Below, one piece after another: positions 13,171 through 23,852 of a DNA stretch of 64,000 nucleotides. Position 1 is the stretch's first letter, and each line of letters opens with the position of its first letter. Made by a program: the position numbers and the translations under genes. This DNA comes from Gracilinanus agilis (lineage: Eukaryota): the NCBI RefSeq assembly GCF_016433145.1, contig NC_058132.1, forward strand, positions 392,475,429-392,539,428, read 5' to 3'. Under the pieces are notes generated by a model, which had not been told where the DNA came from, did no database searches, and saw only the letters and a list, made by a program, of their open reading frames with translations.

Positions 13171-13607
13171 CATTTTTTTGTTGTTGTTTTTAATAAAAAA
13201 ATATAAAATATATGTACATTGATATACTGCATGCACAGCATTATGTAGACAGTGCTTATTTCTATGTATCTGCATTTATATGTGAGAAAATAGTCCGCAA
13301 ATTCTGTGACAGAAAGTGAGGAAGGGGGGATGTCCTTTGAGATGGCATCTGATTAGGCTTTTAAGAAGATGGGTAGGAATTCCACTTGGTAAGCAGAAAG
13401 GAGCTAGGGAAGCTATTTGTATGGAAAAGTGGCAATATTAATTCCTATCTTCTCTGTTAGTGTTATATATACAGCTCATAATTCGTTTGTAAGTTCTTTT
13501 AAGTAAGATTTTCTTCACAGGTGATCAATCCCATTTATTTACTTATATGTAACTAGCAGTGGAGTTCCACCCATCCTTCTTTTAATATTTATTCCGGATA
13601 ACTTTTT

Positions 13608-13800
13608 TTCTCTTGTTTTTTTTTTAAACCCTTAACTTCTGTGTATTGGCTCCTTGGTGGAAGAGTGGTAAGGGTGGGCAATGGGGGTCAAGTGACTTGC
13701 CCAGGGTCACACAGCTGGGAAGTGTTTGAGGCCGGATTTGAACCTAGGACCTTCCATCTCTAGGCCCGACTCTCAATCCACTGAGCTACCCAGCTGCCCC
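13608..13800 (-). mobile_element. SINE1_Mdo, full length
   Basis: Near-consensus sequence; TSD gataacttttt on both sides. Confidence 0.92.
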
Positions 13801-14519
13801 CCAGATAACTTTTTAAGAAAATGAAATACTCAAAATGGAGACACAAATAGTAGTAAGCCTCACACTTCTAGATTATCACCATTCTAGTGTCAGAGGCAAG
13901 AAAGGGTAGTGAAAAAGAGAAGATCCTTCTTCCAGACCAATCCATAGCCATCATTAAGAGGGGGTAATATTTGTGTTAAAGAGGTTTACTTTCCTTGCTA
14001 TTTCCAATGCTAAACTGTTTACTAATGTGCTAAGGATAAAGATCAGGTACCCTGTTAATGGTTGTTTTCTCCTACCACCTCCATTCAATTCTACTCCCAC
14101 AATTCTATACCACCACATGCTTCTAACAGTGCATTTCTCTTGGACCCTCTGTTCTGTGGTGAGGCTGAGGTTGGCCTGTCTTCATTCTTTCCCTGGCTGG
14201 TTCCTAATTTCCTCTGAATGTGAAGTTATATTCTCTCTCCTACTGCCTAATCCAGAACCTTCCCTCAGAACCCAGGATCTTCTCTTCCTGAGACAGCCTA
14301 CCACTCCTCAGACAACATACCATGGAATATCCCTCCACAAGGTCCACTATCTTATATCTATGGTGAGTTCCTCTTGGGATACTCCCCTTTTTTATTTTGA
14401 GAGACCGGAAACCACCTGTTTTCATTCCCCTTCCCTGTATTCTTCCTGACATTCTGAATTTTTAATCTCTAGGTAACCTCATTTTCTCTCACCTCAGCCC
14501 CTGACACTTTTCAGTCCCC

Positions 14520-15129
14520 TTTACGTTCCTCTATTAAAAAATAAGCTCCTTGAGGGAATGGATTGGATTTTTTTTTTACTTGTATCTATGTACCTAATTG
14601 TTGTATACCCAACAGGCACAGTGCCTGTCACACAATAATTGCTCAATAATACTTTCTTGCCTTCCTACTTTTCATTATTCCTTTCTTCCTTCCTTCTTAC
14701 CTTCCTTCCATCCCTCCTTCCTGTACAGCCACAATGCCAAGAAACAAATGTCCTGGAGTTGTATACTAGTATGTGTTTCTGTGGGTGCTACAACCACAGC
14801 CATTAAAGATCCCCCAAAAAAACAGTTAATGCCACCTAAGTTCTTGGCTCTCTGTTGGACTGCTCAGCATCAGAAACTGTTATGGTTCTATCTGCAGAAA
14901 TGACATTACAAAAGAACAATTACCATCTATTTTGCTGTTGAACCCTAAGGACCATGGGACCTTTCCATCTCACTTGCAGCTGAAATTTATGTGTTGTCTC
15001 CCTTCATTAGAATTTGAGATCCTGAGAGCAGGGACTGTCTTAATTTGCAATTTGTACTCCCAACACCTACCACAATGTTTTGCAAATTCTAAGTATTTAA
15101 TAAGTGCTTTTTTTTTCATTTACTCATTC
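14520..15129 (+). mobile_element. Two L2 3' ends (~14520-14660 and ~14970-15129) with a (TTCC)-like tract between
   Basis: aagctccttgaggga...cagtgcctgtcacacaataattgctcaataat and ttagaatttgagatcctgagagcagggactgtct. Confidence 0.7.
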
Positions 15130-16741
15130 CCCAATATAAACTACTAAAGTGTTTCTATAGCACATATCAATTACTTTTGAAATTGTTTCCCCTGGAGTCA
15201 TGCTATACACCAATTTTAAGCTCTAAAGCTAAGTACAATTGGTCATTCTAACTTTCCTAGACCAAAATTTGGCCCCAAGTATTCCATCATGATGCACATA
15301 ATGTACTTGTCTGCTGGCATGCCTGTATTTGTGACCATCTGTCACAATAAAATTATGCTCATTTAAAATGAAAGTTTTAGAAGACCAATTGGAAGCATTT
15401 TTCACTCAATTGCCTAAGAAAGTGCAAAAGAGAAATGGTATTCAGGGCCAAGACTTTTCTTGCTGGACTAGGGATACCTAGCCACCAAACTAAATCAGTC
15501 ACCATATCAAGAGCATATATAAAATATACTTTAAAAACACACTAAAAGGGAAAATACTGTAAATTGTCACAAGGTTTTATGAGGCCAACTTTCAAAAAAA
15601 AATTTCCTGAAAATGACTTTAAGATGACAAATCATAAACAAATTAGGAAACAGTCTTCATTTAGAGTTCAACCATGATTAACAGCATCTTAAAGTCCATA
15701 TTGCAGCAAGACTATCATGCTAATGCAGCACAGCTTCAATTATTATGGAATTCCCTCAATATGGATGGTCTGAGATACAGGTAAAGGCCTTCACGAAAGA
15801 GAGCATCCAATAGGAAAGGGCTTGCTAAAGAACATACGTTCTGTAAGGAAAGCAGTTACTTGTCACCTTCTCAGATCTGATAATAACTCTAGCTCAGAGT
15901 AGGCCAGTTTTCCCTGGAGTCATCAAGTATTATCCTCAAAGAACAAAAGGAAGGCTTTCAGAAACTTAACTCACTATATGCTCTCCTGACATAGGTCCAT
16001 ATCTGCTCTCAATAAATCAACTATTTATTGGAATACTGAAGCTCTGCAGAGTCTCTCATTCCATTGCACTAGTTCAAAGCCCTGGCTAGACTATTTATTG
16101 ATGTGCATTTAAATTATACTTCATGTCTCCTTATCTATTTTCTTCTTTTTTTCCTTATCCATGAAATACTTCTATGATGTACCTATTGATACATTTATAA
16201 TCATTACTATTTTTATAAATGTAAACTCTTCACTCAATTACCTTTATGGAGGCCACAATATGGAACAGATTGAGGAGGAAATTAAAATCAAGAAAATTTG
16301 TTAAATTGAAAGGAAGCAGATACTAGAATATGTATAACCTCAAAGTTGAATTTTTATGGTTTTCCTCACCCTTACTCAAATATATGTATAATTTAACATT
16401 ATCTACTCAATTTGTTATTTTTACATGGGAGGTTGTGTCAGCTGATAGTATTTTTAAGTCAATAACTAATGAACTATATTCAGTGAACAAATAACCTAAT
16501 TATATATTTTGGCTCTTCCAAAGCTATATAATTATAACTACAATCCAGGATTAAAGCAAAACACCTCATGTTCCAAGACTGTATTCTTCTTATCTAGGTC
16601 AGTAGTTTCTATATTGTATAAAGTGATGTTTTCTCCTTTAAAAAAAGTAGTTCTAAATAAATAATTTTCAAAAATTATTCCATGCAGTAATATAAATTTT
16701 TCTGTTGAAAAACTAAAATATCATTAGCTATCAGTTATTTC

Positions 16742-16926
16742 AATTTTTTTAAACCCTTAACTTTCGGTGTATTGTCTCATAGGTGGAAGAGTGGTAAGCA
16801 TGGGCAATGGGGGTCAAGTGACTTGCCCAGGGCCACACAGCAGGGAAGTGGCTGAGGCCAGATTTGAACCCAGGACCTCCTGTCTCTAGGCCTGACTCTC
16901 AATCCACTGAGCTACCCAGCTGCCCC
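16742..16926 (-). mobile_element. SINE1_Mdo, full length
   Basis: Near-consensus; TSD tatttcaattttt at 16736-16748 and 16928-16940. Confidence 0.92.
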
Positions 16927-17700
16927 CTATTTCAATTTTTAAAAGTCATAGTTTTTTAGAAACTAGATTATTTGATACTTACAAAATTGAATAATGCTGA
17001 AAAAATGTTAATAGCCATTATAGTATTTGTAACTTTTCCACAAAAGTCTAACTTCAAGCTTAGTTACTTTATATACAATTATAGCAAGCAGCACAATGGT
17101 GACTCTCCTGTGTCATGAACTGATCAGTGAACATAATAGATTATGTCCAGGTTGATTTTAAATATGTGCCTACTCAACTTACTATCGTCTATTCACTGTC
17201 ATTTGAAGTTATTTCACAGTACTAGTCATACTTTTTTAACTTTGTTGAACTGTTTTCAGTGAAAGCAACAGAGGCATTTTATGAGAGTTTCACCAGAAAA
17301 CAAAAATTCTTTCTCCCTCTCCAGCGTCTTGTAGTCTTCTGAAAAGAACGAGCTCAATATATTTTGAAAAATTCTCGGTCACGGTTTATCTTAGTCATTC
17401 CCAATTACTTGAAAAATAGTGAAGTAGCATGCTTTTTTTTCAAAATTGTATGTAATTTAGCAGTTATATTCACATGACAAATGTAAGATCTTGATTGTAT
17501 AATTGTTAGTATATAGCAAGAATGCACAGGAGCAACCATGTAGAGAGGGCATCAACCATCCTTGCCATCACTAACACTATCTGTTGACCACTTATCACTG
17601 ATTGGCAGGTAAACCCAAGATTTCCAGGAATAACATTTAAAAATCACTTTAACTTTTATGCTATTGTTTAATGGTGATAATTGAAAAAATATGCCAAATA

Positions 17701-17847
17701 TTTTTTTTAATTTTTTTTAAACCCTAACTTCTGTGTATTGGCTCCTAGGTGGAAGAGTGGTAAGGGTGGCAATGGGGGTCAAGTGACTTGCCCAGGGTCA
17801 CACAGCTGGGAAGTGTCTGAGGCCGGATTTGAACCTAGAACCTCCCC
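17701..17847 (-). mobile_element. 5'-truncated SINE1_Mdo
   Basis: Lacks the A-box head; perfect 15-bp TSD tatgccaaatatttt at 17690-17704 and 17848-17862. Confidence 0.92.
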
Positions 17848-19639
17848 TATGCCAAATATTTTAAATAAATATTTGATCAATTTTTTCTTATAACAATTAC
17901 ACTGAATATTCCTTATTCCTGGGTCAAACTATATAGAAATTTCATTATACCAAGACCTGCTTAATTATAATCTCTGATTAACACTGATCTCTCCAGTACA
18001 TCCTTTAAGGGGACTTCATTACTTAACCTGTAGAAAATAGGTTTATCTTAAAAACAAACAAAAACAATAAAGTAAAGAATAACTCAGAAGATTATTCTCC
18101 AACATTAGATCTTAAGAAAGGTGTTCTAGGACATTAAAGATTATTCTTTGATGGAGGGAGATGGAGGAAGAATCCAATATTTACTTATAATTATGTAAAA
18201 AAAATACTTAAATACACACAAGCTTATAATGCCAAGTACTGATTTTAGTCATATTTTTCAACATTTTAAAACATTTTATTGAATAATTTTATATAATCTT
18301 TAACCATATATTCATATATGCTTTGCTGACAAAATATCTGAACAATAAAAGTTCTGAGGTTCACCTAATAAAATGTAGAGTACTTGACTAGCTAAAGTTA
18401 TATCTGATTCTGCCATAATAGTTTTTATTTATTTTATTGGTTTGTAGTTACAACAAAATGTTACCAAAATAAAAACAAAACAAAATGTTTATATTTGTAC
18501 CATTTGTACCATTTGAACATTAAAAAGACAATTAAAATAGTTCAATGGTTTATTTCATTTTATTTTTCTTAAGACATAAGATGATATTACTTAGTATCAT
18601 TTAATGAAAGCATTTCTTTTTTTGAAGAATACTTCAGGTGAGAAACAAATTCACTATGGCTAGCACTGCACTCCACTGAAATGATTCTTTGATGATTTGC
18701 GCAGGCCCCTAGATCATACATAAATCTTCTGAAACACAATTACAAGAGACTAATAAACTTTAGATTCTGTAACTTCAGCTAGAAAGAAATGTCGAAACAA
18801 CATTCAGTACACTATATAATATATAGGGATTAGAAACCCCATCATGCATTGGCTACCCATTCAAAAGCACTGTATCATCAATGTTGATTTGTTCTTATGA
18901 TATAAAAATATCTTCCAAGTAAAATATCTATACATTTTTGCATTTTCCAAAATCCTATTAAAATGTCAAAAATAAATTATACACAACAGTATCCCTAAAA
19001 TCTCATTACCTCTCTTAGGTATGGTTCGTTTTCACATTCTAGGAGGGATGCATGTTTGTTAGCAAAAGTTGACACTTGTGTAGCTTAACTGGCACTAATG
19101 ATAAGTTATAAAAGCAAAAGAGAGCAAAGAAACAAAAGGGGTATTGTATTTACCCAGATGTTTTTAAGTTCCTCTCTTTGGTGCCAGTCATATATACTAC
19201 ATTTAAAAAAGTTATTTATGCCTATCAATCATTTACATAAGGCAGTGATTAACCACAAGTTCTATGGGATCTTGAGAGTTCACTAATGGGGCTGGAAAGT
19301 CTTTTAAATGTACATACATAACATAAAAAGCATTATGATGCAAATTCTTATCCTTTAGTTTTTAAACTTAAGGCTTAAAAGTCATTAAATGAAAGTGAGT
19401 GTCCCTAAAGGTAAATTCAATGCCCCCCAAATATTTATGAGACATCATTTTAACAGACTGTTATGCTAGATAATAAACCTTTAGAAAATTGTTTGGAGAT
19501 ATCAATTAAAAGACAGGCTTTTCTATAATTGAGATTACACGTCCACTGTCTATCCTATTTGACATTGTTTCCTTTTTCAGGAAACAAATTAAAACAAATT
19601 AAAAAGCATTAAATTTTAGTGATGCAAACTTTATAAAAG

Positions 19640-20100
19640 TTGATAGACTTTTTTTCCCTTCTTTTTCCTTCTACAAAATCCAATTTCCGCCTCCTCTTGT
19701 GCAGCATTTTCTTTTTTATCAGGATTCTAATAATATATTATTTAAAAGTATTTACTTTCCCATCCCTCCTCCACCCTATTACACTTCCAAAATATTATTG
19801 GTCAGTGTAGATCTAAATACAATGTTAAATAAGACACATAATTATTCTGACAGATTCCCTTACTTATTACTAATTTCTAAGCATTCATCATCCTGCACAT
19901 TTTGTATAACCATAACATAACTACCATAGCCAAAGCATTAGTTTTCATCTCTAAATTCCAGGGTGAACAATTAAAGTTCTGGTAACATATGGATCTTTAC
20001 TATCATCCTAGAAAATATTTTCCAGGTCTTCATTTTGTAGTTATTAGATTATATGATTCCCTGGGCTCATAATTCATAATATTCCAAATAGTTTTTCATT
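19640..20100 (-). mobile_element. Old L1 3' UTR remnant
   Basis: T-rich start and catccctcctccaccc pattern typical of an antisense L1 3' end; highly degenerate. Confidence 0.4.
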
Positions 20101-21079
20101 CATTTACTTAGAATATATGCTTTATGTTCTCCAGACACTAGGGTAAAGAAAATAACTAATAAAAAAGAATTAAAATTTTTTTTCCTCATACTGTTTACTG
20201 AGATTACAGCTTATTGATTCCGACAATATTGTCCATTTACACAATGGCAAATAAAACCTTATAATCCCAGGCAAATACTTGTGAGAGTCAGGTGTATATG
20301 TTTGTTTTCCCAGTTTTTGGTGTTTTTGTTTTTGTTTTTTTTCTAGTGACTTGAACACAGTATCTGTTTCTGACTTTTAATTTTCCCAAATCATTAATTT
20401 CAGGGAAAAATTGAATGGAATGTGGATTGTTTTGGATCCGTAATTGCAAAACCAAATAAAGTAATCGTCAATGATTATGAATTTATTTGCTGTTTATATT
20501 TTGATGCAATTCCAAGGGTAAGAATAGAAAATTCAGGCATCTGTGAAACTTTATCCTGTGGGGGAAACCTAACAGCTGCTTCCATTTACAACTTTAACGA
20601 CCTACCCTCTGGTATACAACAGTTTGCATGTCTGCCAGACCACCAAACATAGATTTATGATATAAAACCTTCACATGCAAAAGGAGGACGGGAAGGAGAG
20701 ACAGTGGAAATAATTCAGAATCCCACGGCTTATTTTGAAAGACCCTCCAACTAGATCAATACTCCTTTTCGAATGGTACACTTCTGCCCGTTACTGTTAC
20801 CCTAAATTCCCACTTTTACCACTTCTGACATTTTTATTATTTTCCTGGGCACCACTATGTTTAAAGAGCCAGGTATTCTAGCTTGCATCCTTTCTCTTCC
20901 ATTCACTAACGTTAGCCTCAGCTAACCTTTAATCATCTCCACCTTGTTAAAGCTTTTTCCCCCTCAGGATGATTTTACCTTTACTGCCAAAAGGGGGAAA
21001 AAATAAACGCAGTAATATGAGCAAGTATGTGGGGGCTAAAACAATATCCTACAAACCAACCAAGCTCAAGAAGCTCCTC

Positions 21080-22000
21080 CAAGTGAGGCGGCCCTTGCCA
21101 ACCAACTTTGCACACTGCTTGGGAGGCAGGCACACTTGAGTGCCTATTTCCGCAGGAGGGACCTCGCCTCCTCACAACCACACCCACACGGGGCTCTATG
21201 TCAACAGCTCTGGCTGGACCGCGGCTGTGCATAACTGAGCAACTTTCCCCTGCACGGTGTCAACTTCCAGGGAAAATCCAAAACAGGAGAGCCCCAAGGC
21301 GGACAGGGGATCAAGTCCCTTCCCAGACCCCCTGAATCCCTCGCAGCCCTCCACCCCCATAAAGGGAGACAGGATCCTACCAGAACGGATCTTGATTATA
21401 TCGGTGAACTCGTCTCCAGCAGCATCTTCCTGAGGCTCCTCTGACCATCCCCGCTGAGCCATAGCGATTCACCGATTCCAAGGAAACCTCCCCCGCTACT
21501 CTTGGCTCCCCACTGACGCCCCCCCAAACTTTGAGATGCTGCTTGTTGGGTTGGGTTTTGTTCAGTCCAGGCTCCCGCTAAAGGCAACAACTCCCCAGGA
21601 GGAAAGGGAGACGGAGTGTCCAATGAGCGGATTTACCTCTGCCTGGGTGGGTCCATGGACACGAGGGTGGGGGTGGGGGATTGAGAGGTGGAGGAGGGCA
21701 CGAAATAGGAAAGGCCAAGGCCACTTTCTTTTGGATGGGGAGAGTGAGTGGGGGTGACGGGTGTTGCTGTCAAAATGCCCAAACTCTCCCTTAAATGCGA
21801 AGAAACAGGTGCCGTGTACCCGGGTACTGGCCCCAAAATAGAGCTTGGAGTCCGAGAAGGTGAAAGCGGAGGAGGAACACTGCGCTCAATAAATCAACCA
21901 GCAAGTTGGAGACTCCGGAGACTGGCTGCTCCGCGGGCTCAGGATCAATGCAAAAACAGGAGCAATTAGGGAACAAATTGCCAAAAGCAGTGCACGAGAT
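21080..22000. promoter_or_regulatory. CpG island / promoter
   Basis: Abrupt rise in GC and CpG against a CpG-depleted background; CCAAT 21620-21624; TGACG half-CRE at 21514 and 21755; G-rich tracts. Confidence 0.8.
21381..21462 (-). CDS. Probable first coding exon of an unidentified gene: MAQRGWSEEPQEDAAGDEFTDIIKIRS plus 1 nt (phase 1)
   Basis: Kozak gctATGG inside the CpG island; 27 protein-like codons; donor TCTG|gtagga at 21380; composition turns intron-like afterwards. Confidence 0.6.
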
Positions 22001-22253
22001 CATGAATGATTTAACATTGCAACTTAAGAGAATAATAGGATGGAGGTCATTGGCTTTAGCCCTGGAGAAGGCTTACTCAGGCTGAACCCACTGAATTCAT
22101 TTCTTTTGCCTGTACTCCTTGGGAAGGGGAAAGGGGCTGTGAGTGATTCTATAGGGAGAAATGCAAATTTCTCTAAGTGTTGAGGTGATTTCATTAACTG
22201 AGGAGCCAATCAACCTTTCCCATCTGTTTTCTCTCTCTCTCATTGGACTGAGG

Positions 22254-22404
22254 TGGTGGTTCTTAACTTGAGGTCTGTGAACTTTAAAAAATGTTTATGA
22301 CTGTTTTAGTATAATCTTACATATTTCATACATTTAAAATTCTGAAGAATCCAAAGCTTTCACCAGATTGTCAAAGGGGACTGTGCCACAAAAAAGAAGA
22401 CCTG
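22254..22404. mobile_element. hAT-Charlie-type MITE
   Basis: ggttcttaacttgaggtctgtgaac...caccagattgtcaaaggggactgtgccacaaaaaa; same family as 34975-35675. Confidence 0.65.
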
Positions 22405-22759
22405 CCTAGTTGCTTTTGAGATCTTGTTGACCAATTATCTCTCTTCCAGGTGACAATCACTGACTGAACGTGAGCTGCCGAAGACTTCCACAAAATTTGT
22501 CATTCTCCAGCCCCAGCCAGCTATTTCTCAGCAATTCCTGATTGCATTGGAGCCTCAAAATGGGCATCCCACACTTCCCCTGAGAGCAGAATCCCCAAAC
22601 ACCCCAAACCAGTCAAATCTCCATATTGATTGACAAATGATAAATGAAGCATCATGTTATATTAGTGGATAGAGAGCTGTCTTCCAGAGCTTAGAAGCCC
22701 TGGAAGAAAAACCCACCTCAAACACATGCATTTTGTGTCATTTAACTTAGGGTTCTAAG

Positions 22760-22957
22760 CCAGAAGTATTAAACAGGAGGCACAAAACATTTCAACAGTG
22801 CATCCAGAATTGAATTAAAATGTAATTAGGAAATATTTAGCAAAATAATTTAAAATACAATAAACTATAATATCACGTTTTAAAACTAAGTCAATATATG
22901 TTTGCAGGAATCCTTGCATAAAGATTATAAACCCCTTCTATTTGTTTGACACCACTT
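22760..22957. mobile_element. hAT-like non-autonomous DNA transposon
   Basis: attaaaatgtaattaggaaatattt...tttgacaccact terminus. Confidence 0.55.
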
Positions 22958-23409
22958 CTCTAGATCACTAAGTCTATAAATTGCTAGAATCAATCTGTAT
23001 TGGTAAAAGGAGTTTTCTCACAGGTCCACAATTGAGGCCCTATTCCCCTGACTCTAATAGAACTTTGGAGATTACCTACAGAGTTATGAGGTATTTGTAC
23101 TAAAAGCTAACCCTAAAATTTTCCTACTAATCTCTTGCTTCACAAAAGGATAGACAGAGTGCTGATACTTATATTGGAAAAAAAAAGAGTAGTTTAGGGA
23201 CCAACCCCAAACTGACACGAGGAGCAAAAAATAAACCACAACAAACCATTGTCTGGAATCCCCTTTCCACATATATATTTCTCCACTAATACTTGACTTT
23301 TAAAGCTATTGGTCTAGGAAATAAGTCCATATCTAGCTCTACTTTTTGTTTAATGCAGATGGCAAATCATGCTATAGGCATTTCATCTCCAATACGTTTA
23401 AAAAAATAA

Positions 23410-23596
23410 AACATATTTCCTTTCCATCTTAGAATAAATACTGTGTATTGGTTCCAAGGCAGAAGAGCAATAAGGGCTTAAGCAATGGTAATTAAGTGAC
23501 TTGCCCAGGATCACAAAACTAGGAAGTGTCAGAGGCAAGATATGAACCTAGGTTTCTAGACCTGGCTTTAAATCTACTGAGCCACCTAGCTTCCCC
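23410..23596 (-). mobile_element. Older didelphid tRNA-SINE (SINE2_Mdo-like)
   Basis: ttccatcttagaataaatactgtgtattggttccaaggcagaagag...gccacctagcttcccc. Confidence 0.85.
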
Positions 23597-23664
23597 CTCC
23601 AACATGTTTTTTTTTTTTTTGGTTTGTTTGTTTTGTTTTGTTTTTGTTTTTGTTTTTATCAACC

Positions 23665-23852
23665 ATTTACAGATAGAGACTGGGACTGTTGCTTCTCTGA
23701 TACAGGGAATTCCTTAGTAATGAAATCTTTGTCAAAGCAGACTGGCAATTTCTTATCAACTTAAAATCTCTAAAGGTTGCCTATAGAGACCTGAAAAATT
23801 CAGGGTTATATAGCCAGTATGTCTCAGAGGGCAGGATTTGAGCACACTAACT
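23665..23852 (-). mobile_element. Marsupial CORE-SINE (MIR3/Mar3-like)
   Basis: gggaattccttagtaatgaaa tail; cagccagtatgtctcagagg. Confidence 0.5.

Noticed and set aside
13973-14449. Longest ORF in the window (158 aa, GTG start)
   Set aside because: Non-ATG start, Leu/Ser/Pro/Phe-rich composition typical of C/T-rich non-coding DNA, no recognisable domain
18696-18715. Resemblance to U6 (GGCCTGCGCAA on the minus strand)
   Set aside because: The match is about 11 nt and does not extend
18690-18732. Box C (TGATGA) and box D (CTGA) snoRNA-like pair
   Set aside because: Only 43 nt apart, no purine before box C, no terminal stem, and antisense to the probable host gene
19723-19800. Plus-strand exon candidate (tttttatcag ... 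G|gtcagt)
   Set aside because: Lies in an antisense old L1 3' UTR remnant whose T-rich tail mimics an acceptor
20108-20137. 30-nt minus-strand exon candidate in frame with exon 1
   Set aside because: The sequence matches a degenerate L2 tail (tcattcattt...ccagacactagg)
21108-22209. Multiple overlapping 60-90 aa ORFs around the island
   Set aside because: Expected from GC-rich, stop-poor sequence; only the 21381-21462 portion has Kozak and donor support
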